From NCBI GenBank assembly GCA_040905845.1, contig JBBDQV010000046.1, positions 8,958 to 50,665 of the forward strand: a stretch of 41,708 nt of DNA, read 5' to 3'. The notes under the pieces were generated by a model that worked only from the letters and a program-made list of their open reading frames with translations, did no database searches and was not told the DNA's origin. Each line of letters starts with the position of its first letter. The stretch's first letter is position 1. Below, piece by piece: positions 1 through 8,783 of the stretch. The stretch is from Alphaproteobacteria bacterium. Its GTDB lineage: Bacteria > Pseudomonadota > Alphaproteobacteria > SP197. The position numbers were made by a program, and so were the translations under genes.

Positions 1-275
1 CGCTGGGCAAGCCAATCCATGACGCCGCCCGCGGCGTCGAGTCCGAATGCGGAGCCGCCGCTCAGCACGACCGCGTCGATCGTATCGACTAGGCAGCTCG
101 GGTCGAGCACGTCGGTCTCCCGCGTGCCCGGCGCGCCGCCGCGAACGTCGCACCCGGCGACGCACGGCCGGTCGAGCAGCACGACCGTGACGCCCGTGCG
201 CACGACCAGGTCGTCGGCGTTGCCGACGCTGACGCCCGCGACGTCCGTGATCAAGTTGCGAGAGCCCGGCTTCAC
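1..275 (-). CDS. P1/S58 (DmpA-like) aminopeptidase/D-esterase, 5' part only (runs off window start)
   Basis: Not in the ORF track; translated by hand from GTG at 275: MKPGSRNLITDVAGVSVGNADDLVVRTGVTVVL...DVRGGAPGTRETDVLDP...DAVVLSGGSAFGLDAAGGVMDWLAQ. NxITDVxG, GGAPGTRET and SGGSAFGL are typical of this family. The start overlaps the upstream stop (GTGA). Confidence 0.85.
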   Translation of the reverse strand, partial: MKPGSRNLITDVAGVSVGNADDLVVRTGVTVVLLDRPCVAGCDVRGGAPGTRETDVLDPSCLVDTIDAVVLSGGSAFGLDAAGGVMDWLAQ

Positions 276-778
276 GGCGAGCCCCCGCGTCGCGCCGCCT
301 TCTCCTGCCGCTCGTTGCGCCTCTGCTCGACGAACTCGTCGTGCAGCCCCCACAGCTCGATCATCGCGAGGTAGGTGTAGGAGTCGGACCAGCCGATGAG
401 CAGCAGGCCGTTGATGGCCTCGACTCCGGCGACCAAGCGCAAGCCTCCGGTCGGGTAGAGGTCGCCGTAACCGAGCGAGCTGTACGTCACGGTCGAGAAG
501 TAGACGTAGTCGTGCAGCACGACCGGAACCTCGCCCTTGAACCCGCCGATGTCGATCAACCGATCGAGAACCAGGTAGGCGCCGCCATAGACCCAAACCT
601 CGACGGTGTGCGCGGCGAAAATGGCGATGAGGACGGCGACGAGGCGCTGGCGTGGCGTGAATGCCGTCAGCCTGGGCAGCGCGCGCGACGTCACGCGCAG
701 CGCCTCGTAGTGGATGACGACGGTCGCGAGCACCAAGAGTGTCGCGGCGATCATGCCGGGAATCATGCCCGCGACCAT
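272..778 (-). CDS. Small potassium-channel-family (Ion_trans_2) membrane protein
   Basis: Hydrophobic helices flank the pore motif YFSTVTYSSLGYGDLYP; no cytosolic RCK domain. Confidence 0.85.
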   Translation of the reverse strand: MVAGMIPGMIAATLLVLATVVIHYEALRVTSRALPRLTAFTPRQRLVAVLIAIFAAHTVEVWVYGGAYLVLDRLIDIGGFKGEVPVVLHDYVYFSTVTYSSLGYGDLYPTGGLRLVAGVEAINGLLLIGWSDSYTYLAMIELWGLHDEFVEQRRNERQEKAARRGGSP

Positions 779-855
779 AGCGGGGCGTCGGTGGAACGCC
801 TAGCGGGCCATCGGGCATGGCCGCGGCTAGCCGGCTCGGTTAGTGTGGCTCAACC

Positions 856-2586
856 TTGAGGATGCGAGGCGTCATGTCGGGATGGATGTCGCCGGTTGTC
901 GGGCTCGTGGCGCTCGCGGCCGCCGTGGCGCCGGTCCGCGCCGAGGTGACCGATCCGGCACGCGCGGCGCGCATGATGGTCGTTGCGGCCGATCCGCGCG
1001 CCGTCGAGGCGGCGCTCGACGTGCTGAGGGAGGGCGGCGGCGCGGTCGATGCGGCGATCGCGGCGCAGATGGTGCTCAACGTCGTCGAGCCGCAGTCCTC
1101 GGGCATCGGCGGTGGCGGATTCCTGGTTTACTACGACGCCGAGACCCACGCGGTGACCTCGTATGACGGGCGCGAAACCGCGCCCGCCGCGGCCGGTCCG
1201 GACCTGTTCCTGAAGCCCGACGGTACGCCGATGGAGTTCCTCGACGCGGTCGTCGGTGGGCGCTCGGTCGGCGTGCCAGGCCTGCTCAGGATGCTCGACC
1301 TGGCGCACCAGGACCACGGTTGGCTCGACTGGGAGCGCCTGTTCGAGCCGGCCTACGGCCTCGCCTATCGGGGGTTCGAGGTCTCGCCCCGCTTGGCGGC
1401 GTCGATCGCCGAGACCGAGCGCATGGACGCCGACCAGGGGACCGCCGCGCTGTTCCTGACCGCCGATGGCACGCCTGTTCCGGCGGGCGCCACGATCAAA
1501 GCCCCGGATCTGGGCAATACCCTCTACGACGTCGCCAAGAACGGCGCCAAGGAGTTCTACGACCGAGCCGTCATCCCGCTCGACATCGTCCGATCGGTCC
1601 AACGGTACGAGCCGAACCCGGGCGCGCTCTCGCTTGACGACATCGCCGCGTACCGTGCGGTCCGGCGGCCGGCGGTATGCGGGCCCTACCGGGTCTGGAT
1701 CGTCTGCGGCATGGGCCCGCCGAGCTCGGGCGGCGTCGCCGTGCTGCAGATCCTGGGCGCGCTCGAGCGCTTCGACCTGGCCGCGCTGGGCCCCGAGTCG
1801 CCCGCGGCCAACCACCTGATCGCCGAGGCGAGCCGGCTCGCTTTCGCCGACCGCAACGCCTACGTCGCCGACCCGGATTTCGTGCCGGTGCCCGTCGCTG
1901 GGTTGATCGACCCCGGCTACGTCGCCGCGCGCTCGCGCCTGATCGATCCGGCGCGCGCCATGGGCGAGGCCGCGCCGGGCGAGCCGCCGGGCAAGCAGGG
2001 CGGGCTCGCGCCGATGGACGGCGGCGAGGGTCGTGCCTCGACCACCCACATCAGCGTCGTCGATGCCGACGGCAATGCGGTCGCGCTGACCAGCAGCATC
2101 GAAGGGCCCTTCGGTTCCCGGCTCATGGCCTGGAGCTTCATGCTCAACAACGAGCTTACGGATTTTTCCTTCGAGCCGGAGATCCACGGCGTCCCTGTCG
2201 CCAACCGGGTCGAGCCGGGCAAGCGGCCGCGCTCCTCCATGGCCCCGACCATCGTCATGACCCGCGACGGCGCGCTCGTGCTCGTCATCGGCTCGCCCGG
2301 CGGCTCGCGGATCATCGGCTACGTCGCTCAGGCGATCGTCGCGATCCTGGATTGGGGGCTCGATCCCCAGGCGGCGGTCGCGCTGCCCCACGTGCTCAAC
2401 CGCAACGGCGCGACCGAGCTCGAGTCCGGTACCCGCGCCGAGGCGCTCGCCGAACCGCTCGCGGCGCTCGGCCACGAGATCGGGCTCAAGCCGATGGCGA
2501 GCGGGCTCAACGTGATCCTGGTCACGCCCGACGGGCTCCTGGGCGGCGCCGACCCGCGGCGCGAAGGCGTGGCGATGGGTCAGTGA
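856..2586 (+). CDS. ggt: Gamma-glutamyltransferase (Ntn hydrolase, probably exported)
   Basis: GGGAVDAAIAAQ, EPQSSGIGGGGF, YDGRETAP, cleavage-site Thr in STTHISVVDADGNAV, PGKRPRSSMAP, GSPGGSRII and C-terminal DPRREG. Signal-peptide-like N-terminus. Start uncertain (TTG 856, ATG 862/874/886). Confidence 0.93.
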   Translation: MRMRGVMSGWMSPVVGLVALAAAVAPVRAEVTDPARAARMMVVAADPRAVEAALDVLREGGGAVDAAIAAQMVLNVVEPQSSGIGGGGFLVYYDAETHAVTSYDGRETAPAAAGPDLFLKPDGTPMEFLDAVVGGRSVGVPGLLRMLDLAHQDHGWLDWERLFEPAYGLAYRGFEVSPRLAASIAETERMDADQGTAALFLTADGTPVPAGATIKAPDLGNTLYDVAKNGAKEFYDRAVIPLDIVRSVQRYEPNPGALSLDDIAAYRAVRRPAVCGPYRVWIVCGMGPPSSGGVAVLQILGALERFDLAALGPESPAANHLIAEASRLAFADRNAYVADPDFVPVPVAGLIDPGYVAARSRLIDPARAMGEAAPGEPPGKQGGLAPMDGGEGRASTTHISVVDADGNAVALTSSIEGPFGSRLMAWSFMLNNELTDFSFEPEIHGVPVANRVEPGKRPRSSMAPTIVMTRDGALVLVIGSPGGSRIIGYVAQAIVAILDWGLDPQAAVALPHVLNRNGATELESGTRAEALAEPLAALGHEIGLKPMASGLNVILVTPDGLLGGADPRREGVAMGQ

Positions 2587-2623
2587 CGTTCTCGCACGTC
2601 GCATTATGTGTTGGATTCGCACG

Positions 2624-3586
2624 TCAAGTAGCGTGATCAATCGCCGGTGATGTCTTCCGAGTTCCGGGCGACGCCATGGCGACGCACCCGGCTGCGCCGA
2701 TCAGGATCATGCCGGCTAGGGTCGCCAGGTCCGGTATGTCGGCGAAGAACACGAAACTCCAGATGCCGGCAAAGATCAGGTAGCTGTAGTCAAAGGTCGC
2801 GATGATCGTCGGCGGACCTGACTGATAGGCCCGTGCGACGCCCGTGCTGATGGCGACAATAAGCACTGCCATCAACGCCATGAGCCCCCATTCGCGGGCT
2901 CCCATCGGCAGCCATGGGCCGAGCAGGAACGCGTGCGACCCCGGCACCAGTGCCGCCGACGTCAAGATCGTGATTGCCATGGTTCCAAGAACTCCCGCGC
3001 CCAGGAAGAAGACATTCAGGGCCAGGGAGAGCGAGAGGGAAGAATCACGGGCGCACTTGGCCCGCGTCACGATCGCCGCGAGCGCGTAAAAGATCGCCGA
3101 GGCGATGGGAAGCAGCGCCAACCAGGAGAACGCCTGAGTGCCCGGTCGCAAAATGATCACGACCCCGACGAATCCGAGCAGGATCGCGAACCAGCGCCTT
3201 GCCCCCACGGGCTCGCCGATGATCCACGCGGAGAACAGCGCGATAAAGAGTGGCCCCGTGTAATACGCGGCGGCGACGACGGGCAGGCTTAGTTCCGCCA
3301 AGGCGGCATAGAAGGCGATCCACATCGCGATCAGCAGGGCACTGCGCACAAGGGGCCAAAACCACGAAACCGGCGACCGCGAGGCGCTTGGACCGCGGAC
3401 ACGGAGCAAGGCCATGATCAGGGGGATGGCGATCAGTGAACGCGCCACGAAGATCTGCCAGACCGAAAACTCGGAGCTCAGGGACTTCACCAAGGCGTCC
3501 CCGAACGCCATCGTCATCGTGGTCGCCACCATGACGACGACACCGTGCCAGGTGCCCGACAGAAGGCGAGCCACTGGTGGCCTCAT
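2624..3586 (-). CDS. DMT/EamA family transporter
   Basis: About 10 TM helices with EamA motifs (IIGEPVGARRW, GFVGVVIILRPG, FDYSYL). Start placed at ATG 3586, which overlaps the GFA stop (ATGA). Confidence 0.88.
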   Translation of the reverse strand: MRPPVARLLSGTWHGVVVMVATTMTMAFGDALVKSLSSEFSVWQIFVARSLIAIPLIMALLRVRGPSASRSPVSWFWPLVRSALLIAMWIAFYAALAELSLPVVAAAYYTGPLFIALFSAWIIGEPVGARRWFAILLGFVGVVIILRPGTQAFSWLALLPIASAIFYALAAIVTRAKCARDSSLSLSLALNVFFLGAGVLGTMAITILTSAALVPGSHAFLLGPWLPMGAREWGLMALMAVLIVAISTGVARAYQSGPPTIIATFDYSYLIFAGIWSFVFFADIPDLATLAGMILIGAAGCVAMASPGTRKTSPAIDHAT

Positions 3587-4032
3587 GAACTTTTGAATCG
3601 CGGCATCTCGTCCAAGCTTGGCTGCTGCCTGAACGCGACGTCCTCGTCCGTGAAGCGAATCCAAGGCTGGGCGTGTTGCGTCCAGACGTGGCACCCTGGC
3701 CGAACCCAGGTCGTGTCGTCGAGCGTCCCGGGCTTGATGCTCAGGAAGGGATAGTCGCCTTCGTCGGTGAACCACTGGTGGTAAATCCGCGAGCCGCAAG
3801 CGGGGCAGAAGTAGCAGCGAAATCTCCGGCCGTGGCCTTGGCGAACGAAGTGTGAAGGCTTCGCGCCAGTCAACTTCAGGGCGCTCCCCGGAAACACTAC
3901 GGCCATGCCGAAGGCGCTGCCGGATTGTCTCTGGCAGATCGTGCAGTGGCAGGCGTAGATCATGATCGGATCGGCGCCGACCTCATACCGCACGGCACCG
4001 CATTGGCATTCGCCTCGATGGGTTCGCGTCAC
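3583..4032 (-). CDS. GFA/CENP-V family Zn-binding protein
   Basis: HRGECQCGAVRY, ACHCTICQRQSG and FCPACGS Cys pattern; SD-like AGGAG before the GTG start. Confidence 0.9.
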   Translation of the reverse strand: MTRTHRGECQCGAVRYEVGADPIMIYACHCTICQRQSGSAFGMAVVFPGSALKLTGAKPSHFVRQGHGRRFRCYFCPACGSRIYHQWFTDEGDYPFLSIKPGTLDDTTWVRPGCHVWTQHAQPWIRFTDEDVAFRQQPSLDEMPRFKSS

Positions 4033-4111
4033 AAGCTGTCTCCTGCGCGGCGCTGATGGGGTGCTCCGGAGGCGCCATGCGGGAGATAGATCCGCTCGAT
4101 TGATCGTGCTA

Positions 4112-4151
4112 GTCTTATTTATTCGAACAGATTAGTAAGTTTCTCATAACA
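4112..4151. promoter_or_regulatory. AT-rich divergent promoter with LysR-type T-N11-A box
   Basis: TAAGTTTCTCATA (4136-4148) fits T-N11-A and lies in an AT-rich patch immediately before the divergent lysR start. Confidence 0.5.
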
Positions 4152-5048
4152 ATGAGCCGACTGCCGATCACCGGACTGGAGACGTTCCTGGCCATCGCAG
4201 AGTGCGGGTCGCTTCGGCGCGCCGCCGCCGCCCTCGGCGTTCAGCCCCCTGCGGTCAGCCAGCACCTGCGCAACCTTGAGGATCGGCTCGGAGTCGCCGT
4301 TTTCACGCGGACGACGCGTTCGGTCCGGCTGACCGACGCGGGCCGCGTCCTGTTGGCGCGCATTCAGCCCGCATTCCTCGAATTGAGGTCTGGGCTTGAT
4401 GAAACGAGCGTTATGGGCAGGCAGAAGAAGGGCACCGTTCGCGTCACGCTGCCCTACATTGCCTACCAGATCGCCATTGCCGACAGGCTCGCCGAGTTCC
4501 GCGAGACATACCCAGAAATCGAGCTCGAGCTGTCGTTCAACGAGGCGTTCGTCGACATCGTCGCGGAGGGGTTTCATGCCGGAGTCAGAATGGGAGACCA
4601 CATCCAGGAGGACATGATCGCCGTGAGGCTGACGCCGGCACTCACGGAGGTCCACATTGCGTCCCCGTCGTACTTTGCGCGGCGAGGCCGGCCGGCCGAA
4701 CCCGCCGAATTGTTGGGGCATGATTGCATCCGGTACAGGTACATCGGTTCGGGGCGCATCGCGGAGTGGAGTTTCCGGGGCGCCGAAGGTGCCATGACCG
4801 TTGCCGTGAAGGGTAGCCTGATCGTCAACAGCACGAGCGCGGTTATCGATTCCGCTCGGGATGGTCTCGGCATCGGCTGGCTCTTTCGCCCGAACGTCGT
4901 CGACGATCTGCGGTCAGGGACCTTGGAAAGCGTCCTCGACAAGTTCGCCATCGAGCGACCCGGGTTTTTCCTCTACTTTCCGGGCGCGCTCCGTCGGCTC
5001 GAAGTCTTGCGGGCCTTCGTCGACTTCATGCGCATGCGCAAGTCGTGA
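4152..5048 (+). CDS. LysR family transcriptional regulator (CrgA-like)
   Basis: N-terminal HTH (GSLRRAAAALGVQPPAVSQHLRNLEDRLG...FTRTTRSVRLTDAG), DIVAEGFHAGVR, ~298 aa; divergent from GFA-DMT. Confidence 0.93.
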   Translation: MSRLPITGLETFLAIAECGSLRRAAAALGVQPPAVSQHLRNLEDRLGVAVFTRTTRSVRLTDAGRVLLARIQPAFLELRSGLDETSVMGRQKKGTVRVTLPYIAYQIAIADRLAEFRETYPEIELELSFNEAFVDIVAEGFHAGVRMGDHIQEDMIAVRLTPALTEVHIASPSYFARRGRPAEPAELLGHDCIRYRYIGSGRIAEWSFRGAEGAMTVAVKGSLIVNSTSAVIDSARDGLGIGWLFRPNVVDDLRSGTLESVLDKFAIERPGFFLYFPGALRRLEVLRAFVDFMRMRKS

Positions 5049-5165
5049 TGGTACGCGGCGCCTGAGTCGAAGGCGCGGGTTTCGCACGGGTTCGAAGCGA
5101 CGAGAATGCTGGTTACAGTCACTTCCAACGAATCGCACTTGCCCTCATCCCAAAGGGAATCGGAC

Positions 5166-6377
5166 GTGATTGCTTCTGAGCGAACTGCTCGTGCCGACCG
5201 CCCGACGATCCGGCTGCTGGCGGGCCACAGCAAGCGGTTGCGCGGCGGGCATCCGTGGGTGTTCTCCAACGAGATCGCCATGGACGAGGCGGCGCGCGCC
5301 ATCGCGCCGGGCACGGTCGCGCGCATGGTCGACGCCGGCGGCGAGGCGCTGGCATGCGCCACGTTCAACCCGCATTCGCTGATCACGGCGCGGGTGCTCG
5401 ACGACGACCCCGAAGCCGCGTTCGATGCGCCGGAGATCACGGCGCGCATTAGTGCCGCGCTCGCGCTCCGCGAGCGGCTCTACGATTCGCCATTCTACCG
5501 GCTCGTCCACGCCGAAGCCGACCGGTTGCCCGGTCTGGTCGTCGACCGCCACGGCGACGTCGTCGTGGTCCAGGCCAACACCGCCGGCATGGAATGTTGT
5601 CTGCCCGAGGTGCTGGCCGCGCTGGCCCAGGTGCTGGGTCCGGTCGGGGTCGTGCTCCGCTGCGATGCGTCCGTGCGCAAGCTCGAGGGGCTCGAAAGCT
5701 ACGTCAGGCAGAAGGGCGCGGTGCCGTCTGGCCCGATCGAGGTCATCGAGGGTGGCGTCCGGTTCCGCGCCGATCCGACGGGCGGGCAGAAGACGGGCTG
5801 GTACTACGACCAGCGCGACAACCGGGGGTTTGTCGCCGGGCTCGCGCGCGGGCTGGACGTGCTCGACGTCTACAGCCACGCGGGCGGGTTCGGGTTGCGC
5901 GCGCTCGCCGGCGGCGCCGAGCGCGCCGTGCTGATCGACAGTTCCGACGCCGCGCTCGAGCTCGCGCGCATCGCGGCCGAGGCGAACGGCTTCGCCGGCC
6001 GCGCCTCGTTCGTCCACGCCGAGGCGTTCCGCGAGCTGGAACGTCGGGGTGTCGCGGGCGAGCGCTGGGGACTCGTGGTCGCCGACCCGCCGTCGTTCGT
6101 CAAGTCGCGCAAGGACCTGGGCTCGGGCGCGCGCGGCTATCGCAAGCTCGCGCGGCTCGCCGCGGCGCTCGTCGCGCCGGGCGGGTTCCTCGCCATCGCG
6201 TCGTGCTCATACCACGTGGACACGGCCCTGTTCGCCGAGCAGGTGCGTCGCGGGCTCGGCGACGCCGAACGATCGGGCCGCATCCTGCGTTCGGCCGGGG
6301 CGGCGCCGGATCATCCGGTGCACCCCGCGCTGCCCGAGTCCGCCTATCTCAAGTGCCTGGTGCTGCAGCTCGATTGA
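5166..6377 (+). CDS. rlmI: RlmI/RlmK-family class I SAM-dependent rRNA methyltransferase (23S m5C1962-type)
   Basis: PUA-like GHPWVFSNE, HAEADRLPGL, GQKTGWYYDQRDNR, DPPSF, SCS and terminal YLK. Start taken as GTG 5166; the ORF extends to ATG 5106. Confidence 0.85.
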   Translation: MIASERTARADRPTIRLLAGHSKRLRGGHPWVFSNEIAMDEAARAIAPGTVARMVDAGGEALACATFNPHSLITARVLDDDPEAAFDAPEITARISAALALRERLYDSPFYRLVHAEADRLPGLVVDRHGDVVVVQANTAGMECCLPEVLAALAQVLGPVGVVLRCDASVRKLEGLESYVRQKGAVPSGPIEVIEGGVRFRADPTGGQKTGWYYDQRDNRGFVAGLARGLDVLDVYSHAGGFGLRALAGGAERAVLIDSSDAALELARIAAEANGFAGRASFVHAEAFRELERRGVAGERWGLVVADPPSFVKSRKDLGSGARGYRKLARLAAALVAPGGFLAIASCSYHVDTALFAEQVRRGLGDAERSGRILRSAGAAPDHPVHPALPESAYLKCLVLQLD

Positions 6378-6384
6378 GCTGCGC

Positions 6385-6496
6385 CTAGAGCAATATCCGA
6401 TCGGATGAAATTGCTCGGAATTTCAAGAATCTAGAGCAGCTTTATCCAGGCGATGGATCGCCGAAGGCGATTCCATCAGACCGGATGCTGCTCTAG
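6385..6496 (-). repeat. CTAG-bounded double-hairpin intergenic repeat, copy 1 (inverted relative to copies 2 and 3; internal deletion in one arm)
   Basis: Reverse complement CTAGAGCAGCATCCGGTCTGATGGAATCGCCTTCGGCGATCC...GGATAAAGCTGCTCTAG aligns with 13330 and 19821. The terminal CTA supplies the kinase stop codon. Confidence 0.9.
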
Positions 6497-7896
6497 TCCT
6501 GGCGCGCGTACGGCTGCGGCAGGGTGAAGGAGAACCGGGTGCCCGACGGGCCGGTCTGGTCCAGGACCAGCTCGCCGCCATGAGCGCGGACGAGCTCGCG
6601 CGCGATGGCGAGGCCGAGTCCCGTGCCGCCGGCGCGCGCGCCGCCGGCGAACGCCTCGAACAGGTGCTCGCGGGCCTTGGCCGGCAAACCCGGACCGTCG
6701 TCAAGCACGGCGACGCGCAGCCCGCCGTCGTGAGGCGCGGCGGCGACGGTCAGCCGGCCGCCGGTTTTCATGGCCTCGACCGCGTTGCGCCCGAGGTTCA
6801 TGAGGACGCGGAAGATCTGGTCGCGGTCGGCGCGCACGAAGCTGTCCTCCGGGACGGCGTTGTCGAGGACGAAGGAATCCGTCGCCCGCGGCCCGAGCGC
6901 CTCGCCCACGTCGGCGACCAGGGCGCGTAGGTCGAACCGCGTCAGCCTAAGCTCGGGCTCGTCGGCGCGGGCGAAGCGGAGCGCGTCCTCGCACAGGACG
7001 ACCGCGCGATCGATCGTGCCGATCAGCACCGTCGCCTGCCGCTTGACCTCGGGGTCACCGCTCATGGCGAGGCGGTCGGAGACGAGCGATGCGGTCGACA
7101 GGATGTTCTTGAGGTCGTGGCTGATCTTGCTGACCGCGGCGCCGATCGCGGCGAGGCGCGAGCGCTGGCGGAGCGCGCCGCGCAACGCCGTCTGCATGTC
7201 GGCGACGGCGCGCTGGCCGACGCCGACCTCGTCGGCGCGCGTGCCGGGAACCACGGTGCGCGACTGGTCCTCGGGCGCCGCGCGGAAACCGGCTAGGTCA
7301 TCGATCAGCCGGCGCAGGGGCCGCACGAACAGCCATTGCAACGCCAGGAAAACCAGGGTCGCCGCGATGAGCGAGATGATGATCGACAGCACCAGGATGC
7401 GCCACGAGTAGTCGAGCATCGCGGCGTAAAGGTCATTCTCAGCGAGGGTGACTTCGACCTCCACGTCGGCATCGGTGGGCGAGGGTGCCGAGACCAGGAT
7501 CGTCCGCCGGCCGTTGACCAGGGTGTCGGCCGCGTCGCGGATCAGGATCAGGGGACCGTCGTCGGCGAGTTCGAACCGTTCCTCGATGGGGTCCGGCTCG
7601 CCGAGTATTTGGTACGACGCGTTCCGCCTGCGCAGCGCGACCGAGGCGACCCTGGCATGCTCGAGCAGCTTAGCCGCCAGCTCCGGCGCCAGGCGGCCGC
7701 CGGGTGCCGCCTCGACCGCGAGCGAGGCCTGGTAGGCCGCGGAAATTCGCTCCTGAAGATAGACGTAGCGGAAACGCGAGATCGACGGCACGTAGATCAG
7801 GACCTCGCCGACCATGACGAAGAGAATCGTCAGGACGAGCAGCCTGGCGGACAGGCTGCGCGAGGGTGTTGGCAGGGCGAGGCGGTGGTTCTTCAT
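6493..7896 (-). CDS. Membrane HAMP-domain sensor histidine kinase (orphan in this window)
   Basis: Two TM segments, HAMP domain, H-box SHDLKNIL, N-box NLGRNA, G1 DDGPG, F-box LFEAF, G2 GGTGLGL. Confidence 0.92.
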   Translation of the reverse strand: MKNHRLALPTPSRSLSARLLVLTILFVMVGEVLIYVPSISRFRYVYLQERISAAYQASLAVEAAPGGRLAPELAAKLLEHARVASVALRRRNASYQILGEPDPIEERFELADDGPLILIRDAADTLVNGRRTILVSAPSPTDADVEVEVTLAENDLYAAMLDYSWRILVLSIIISLIAATLVFLALQWLFVRPLRRLIDDLAGFRAAPEDQSRTVVPGTRADEVGVGQRAVADMQTALRGALRQRSRLAAIGAAVSKISHDLKNILSTASLVSDRLAMSGDPEVKRQATVLIGTIDRAVVLCEDALRFARADEPELRLTRFDLRALVADVGEALGPRATDSFVLDNAVPEDSFVRADRDQIFRVLMNLGRNAVEAMKTGGRLTVAAAPHDGGLRVAVLDDGPGLPAKAREHLFEAFAGGARAGGTGLGLAIARELVRAHGGELVLDQTGPSGTRFSFTLPQPYARQD

Positions 7897-7934
7897 GGCG
7901 CGCGAAAGGGCACGAGACCCGGCCCGGCCAGCGG

Positions 7935-7963
7935 TTGACTCGCCGCGGGGGAGGGCCTATACA
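7935..7963 (+). promoter_or_regulatory. Sigma70-type promoter of the rpmH operon
   Basis: TTGACT (7935-7940), 17-nt spacer, TATACA (7958-7963); ~55 nt upstream of rpmH. Confidence 0.6.
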
Positions 7964-8018
7964 CCGGGCCTTCGGCGCGCCCGTGGTCGCCGCCGAATCG
8001 ATAGTCCGAGCGAAGCCC

Positions 8019-8153
8019 GTGAAACGCACATACCAGCCGAGCCGCCTGATCCGCAAGCGCCGTCACGGCTTTCGCGCCCGCATCAAGACTGTCGGGGGCC
8101 GCGTCGTGCTCGCGCGTCGGCGTGCCAAGGGTCGCAAGCGTCTGTCCGCCTGA
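8019..8153 (+). CDS. rpmH: 50S ribosomal protein L34
   Basis: GTG start; [44 protein letters not shown] (44 aa). Confidence 0.97.
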   Translation: MKRTYQPSRLIRKRRHGFRARIKTVGGRVVLARRRAKGRKRLSA

Positions 8154-8535
8154 GGACACCGAGCGTGTTCTCGCGCGCCTGCGCCAGAGGCGGGATTTTC
8201 TCCGTCTTTCAGCGAGCCGTTCCAAGGTGGTGACCCCGGCCTTCGTGCTCCAAGCGCGGGCGCAGCCCGATGCAGCGTCGTGTGAAGCGCGCGTCGGCTT
8301 CACCGCGAGCCGGCGCATCGGCGGCGCCGTCGTGCGCAATCGCGCCCGTCGCCGCCTCAAGGCGCTGGCCGCGCGGGTGCTCGCGGCACGCGCCCGGGTG
8401 GGCTGGGACTACGTGCTCATCGCCCGCGCCGAGGCCGTGACGCGGCCGTGGCCCTCGCTCGTCGCCGATCTCGAGGACGCGCTCGCGCGACTCGAGCGCG
8501 GACCGGGTCCGGCGGCGTCCGGTGGCACGCCGTGA
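8122..8535 (+). CDS. rnpA: Ribonuclease P protein component
   Basis: [31 protein letters not shown] (RNR motif), DYVLIAR; located after rpmH. Start uncertain. Confidence 0.93.
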   Translation: MPRVASVCPPEDTERVLARLRQRRDFLRLSASRSKVVTPAFVLQARAQPDAASCEARVGFTASRRIGGAVVRNRARRRLKALAARVLAARARVGWDYVLIARAEAVTRPWPSLVADLEDALARLERGPGPAASGGTP

Positions 8536-8768
8536 GCCCCTTCGCCCACGTCCTGACCGGCCTGGTCCGGCTCTATCGCCTCGCGGTCGCACCTTACCTG
8601 GCGGGGCGCTGCCGATTCGAGCCGTCATGCTCGAGTTACGCGCTCGACGCCCTGTCGGATCACGGTGCCGCGCGTGGCGCCTGGCTGATCCTCAGGCGGC
8701 TCGGCCGTTGCCACCCGCTCGGCGGGTGGGGCTACGACCCGGTGCCGCCGCCCGGTCGCGGCGCCTGA
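8532..8768 (+). CDS. yidD: Membrane protein insertion efficiency factor YidD
   Basis: CRFEPSCSSYA...RCHPLGGWGYDPVP; GTG start overlaps the rnpA stop (GTGA). Confidence 0.93.
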   Translation: MSPFAHVLTGLVRLYRLAVAPYLAGRCRFEPSCSSYALDALSDHGAARGAWLILRRLGRCHPLGGWGYDPVPPPGRGA

Positions 8769-8783
8769 GGCGGCCGGCGCCCC

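Noticed and set aside
850-2640. Long antisense or alternate-frame ORFs (e.g. 850-2640, 8625-10487, 10448-12058, 15615-17882, 22148-23644)
   Set aside because: They are shadows of well-supported genes in GC-rich DNA; the translations are Arg/Ala/Gly-rich with no family motifs.
7897-8018. Replication origin next to rpmH
   Set aside because: No dnaA, no DnaA-box cluster and no AT-rich unwinding element; a histidine kinase occupies the divergent position.
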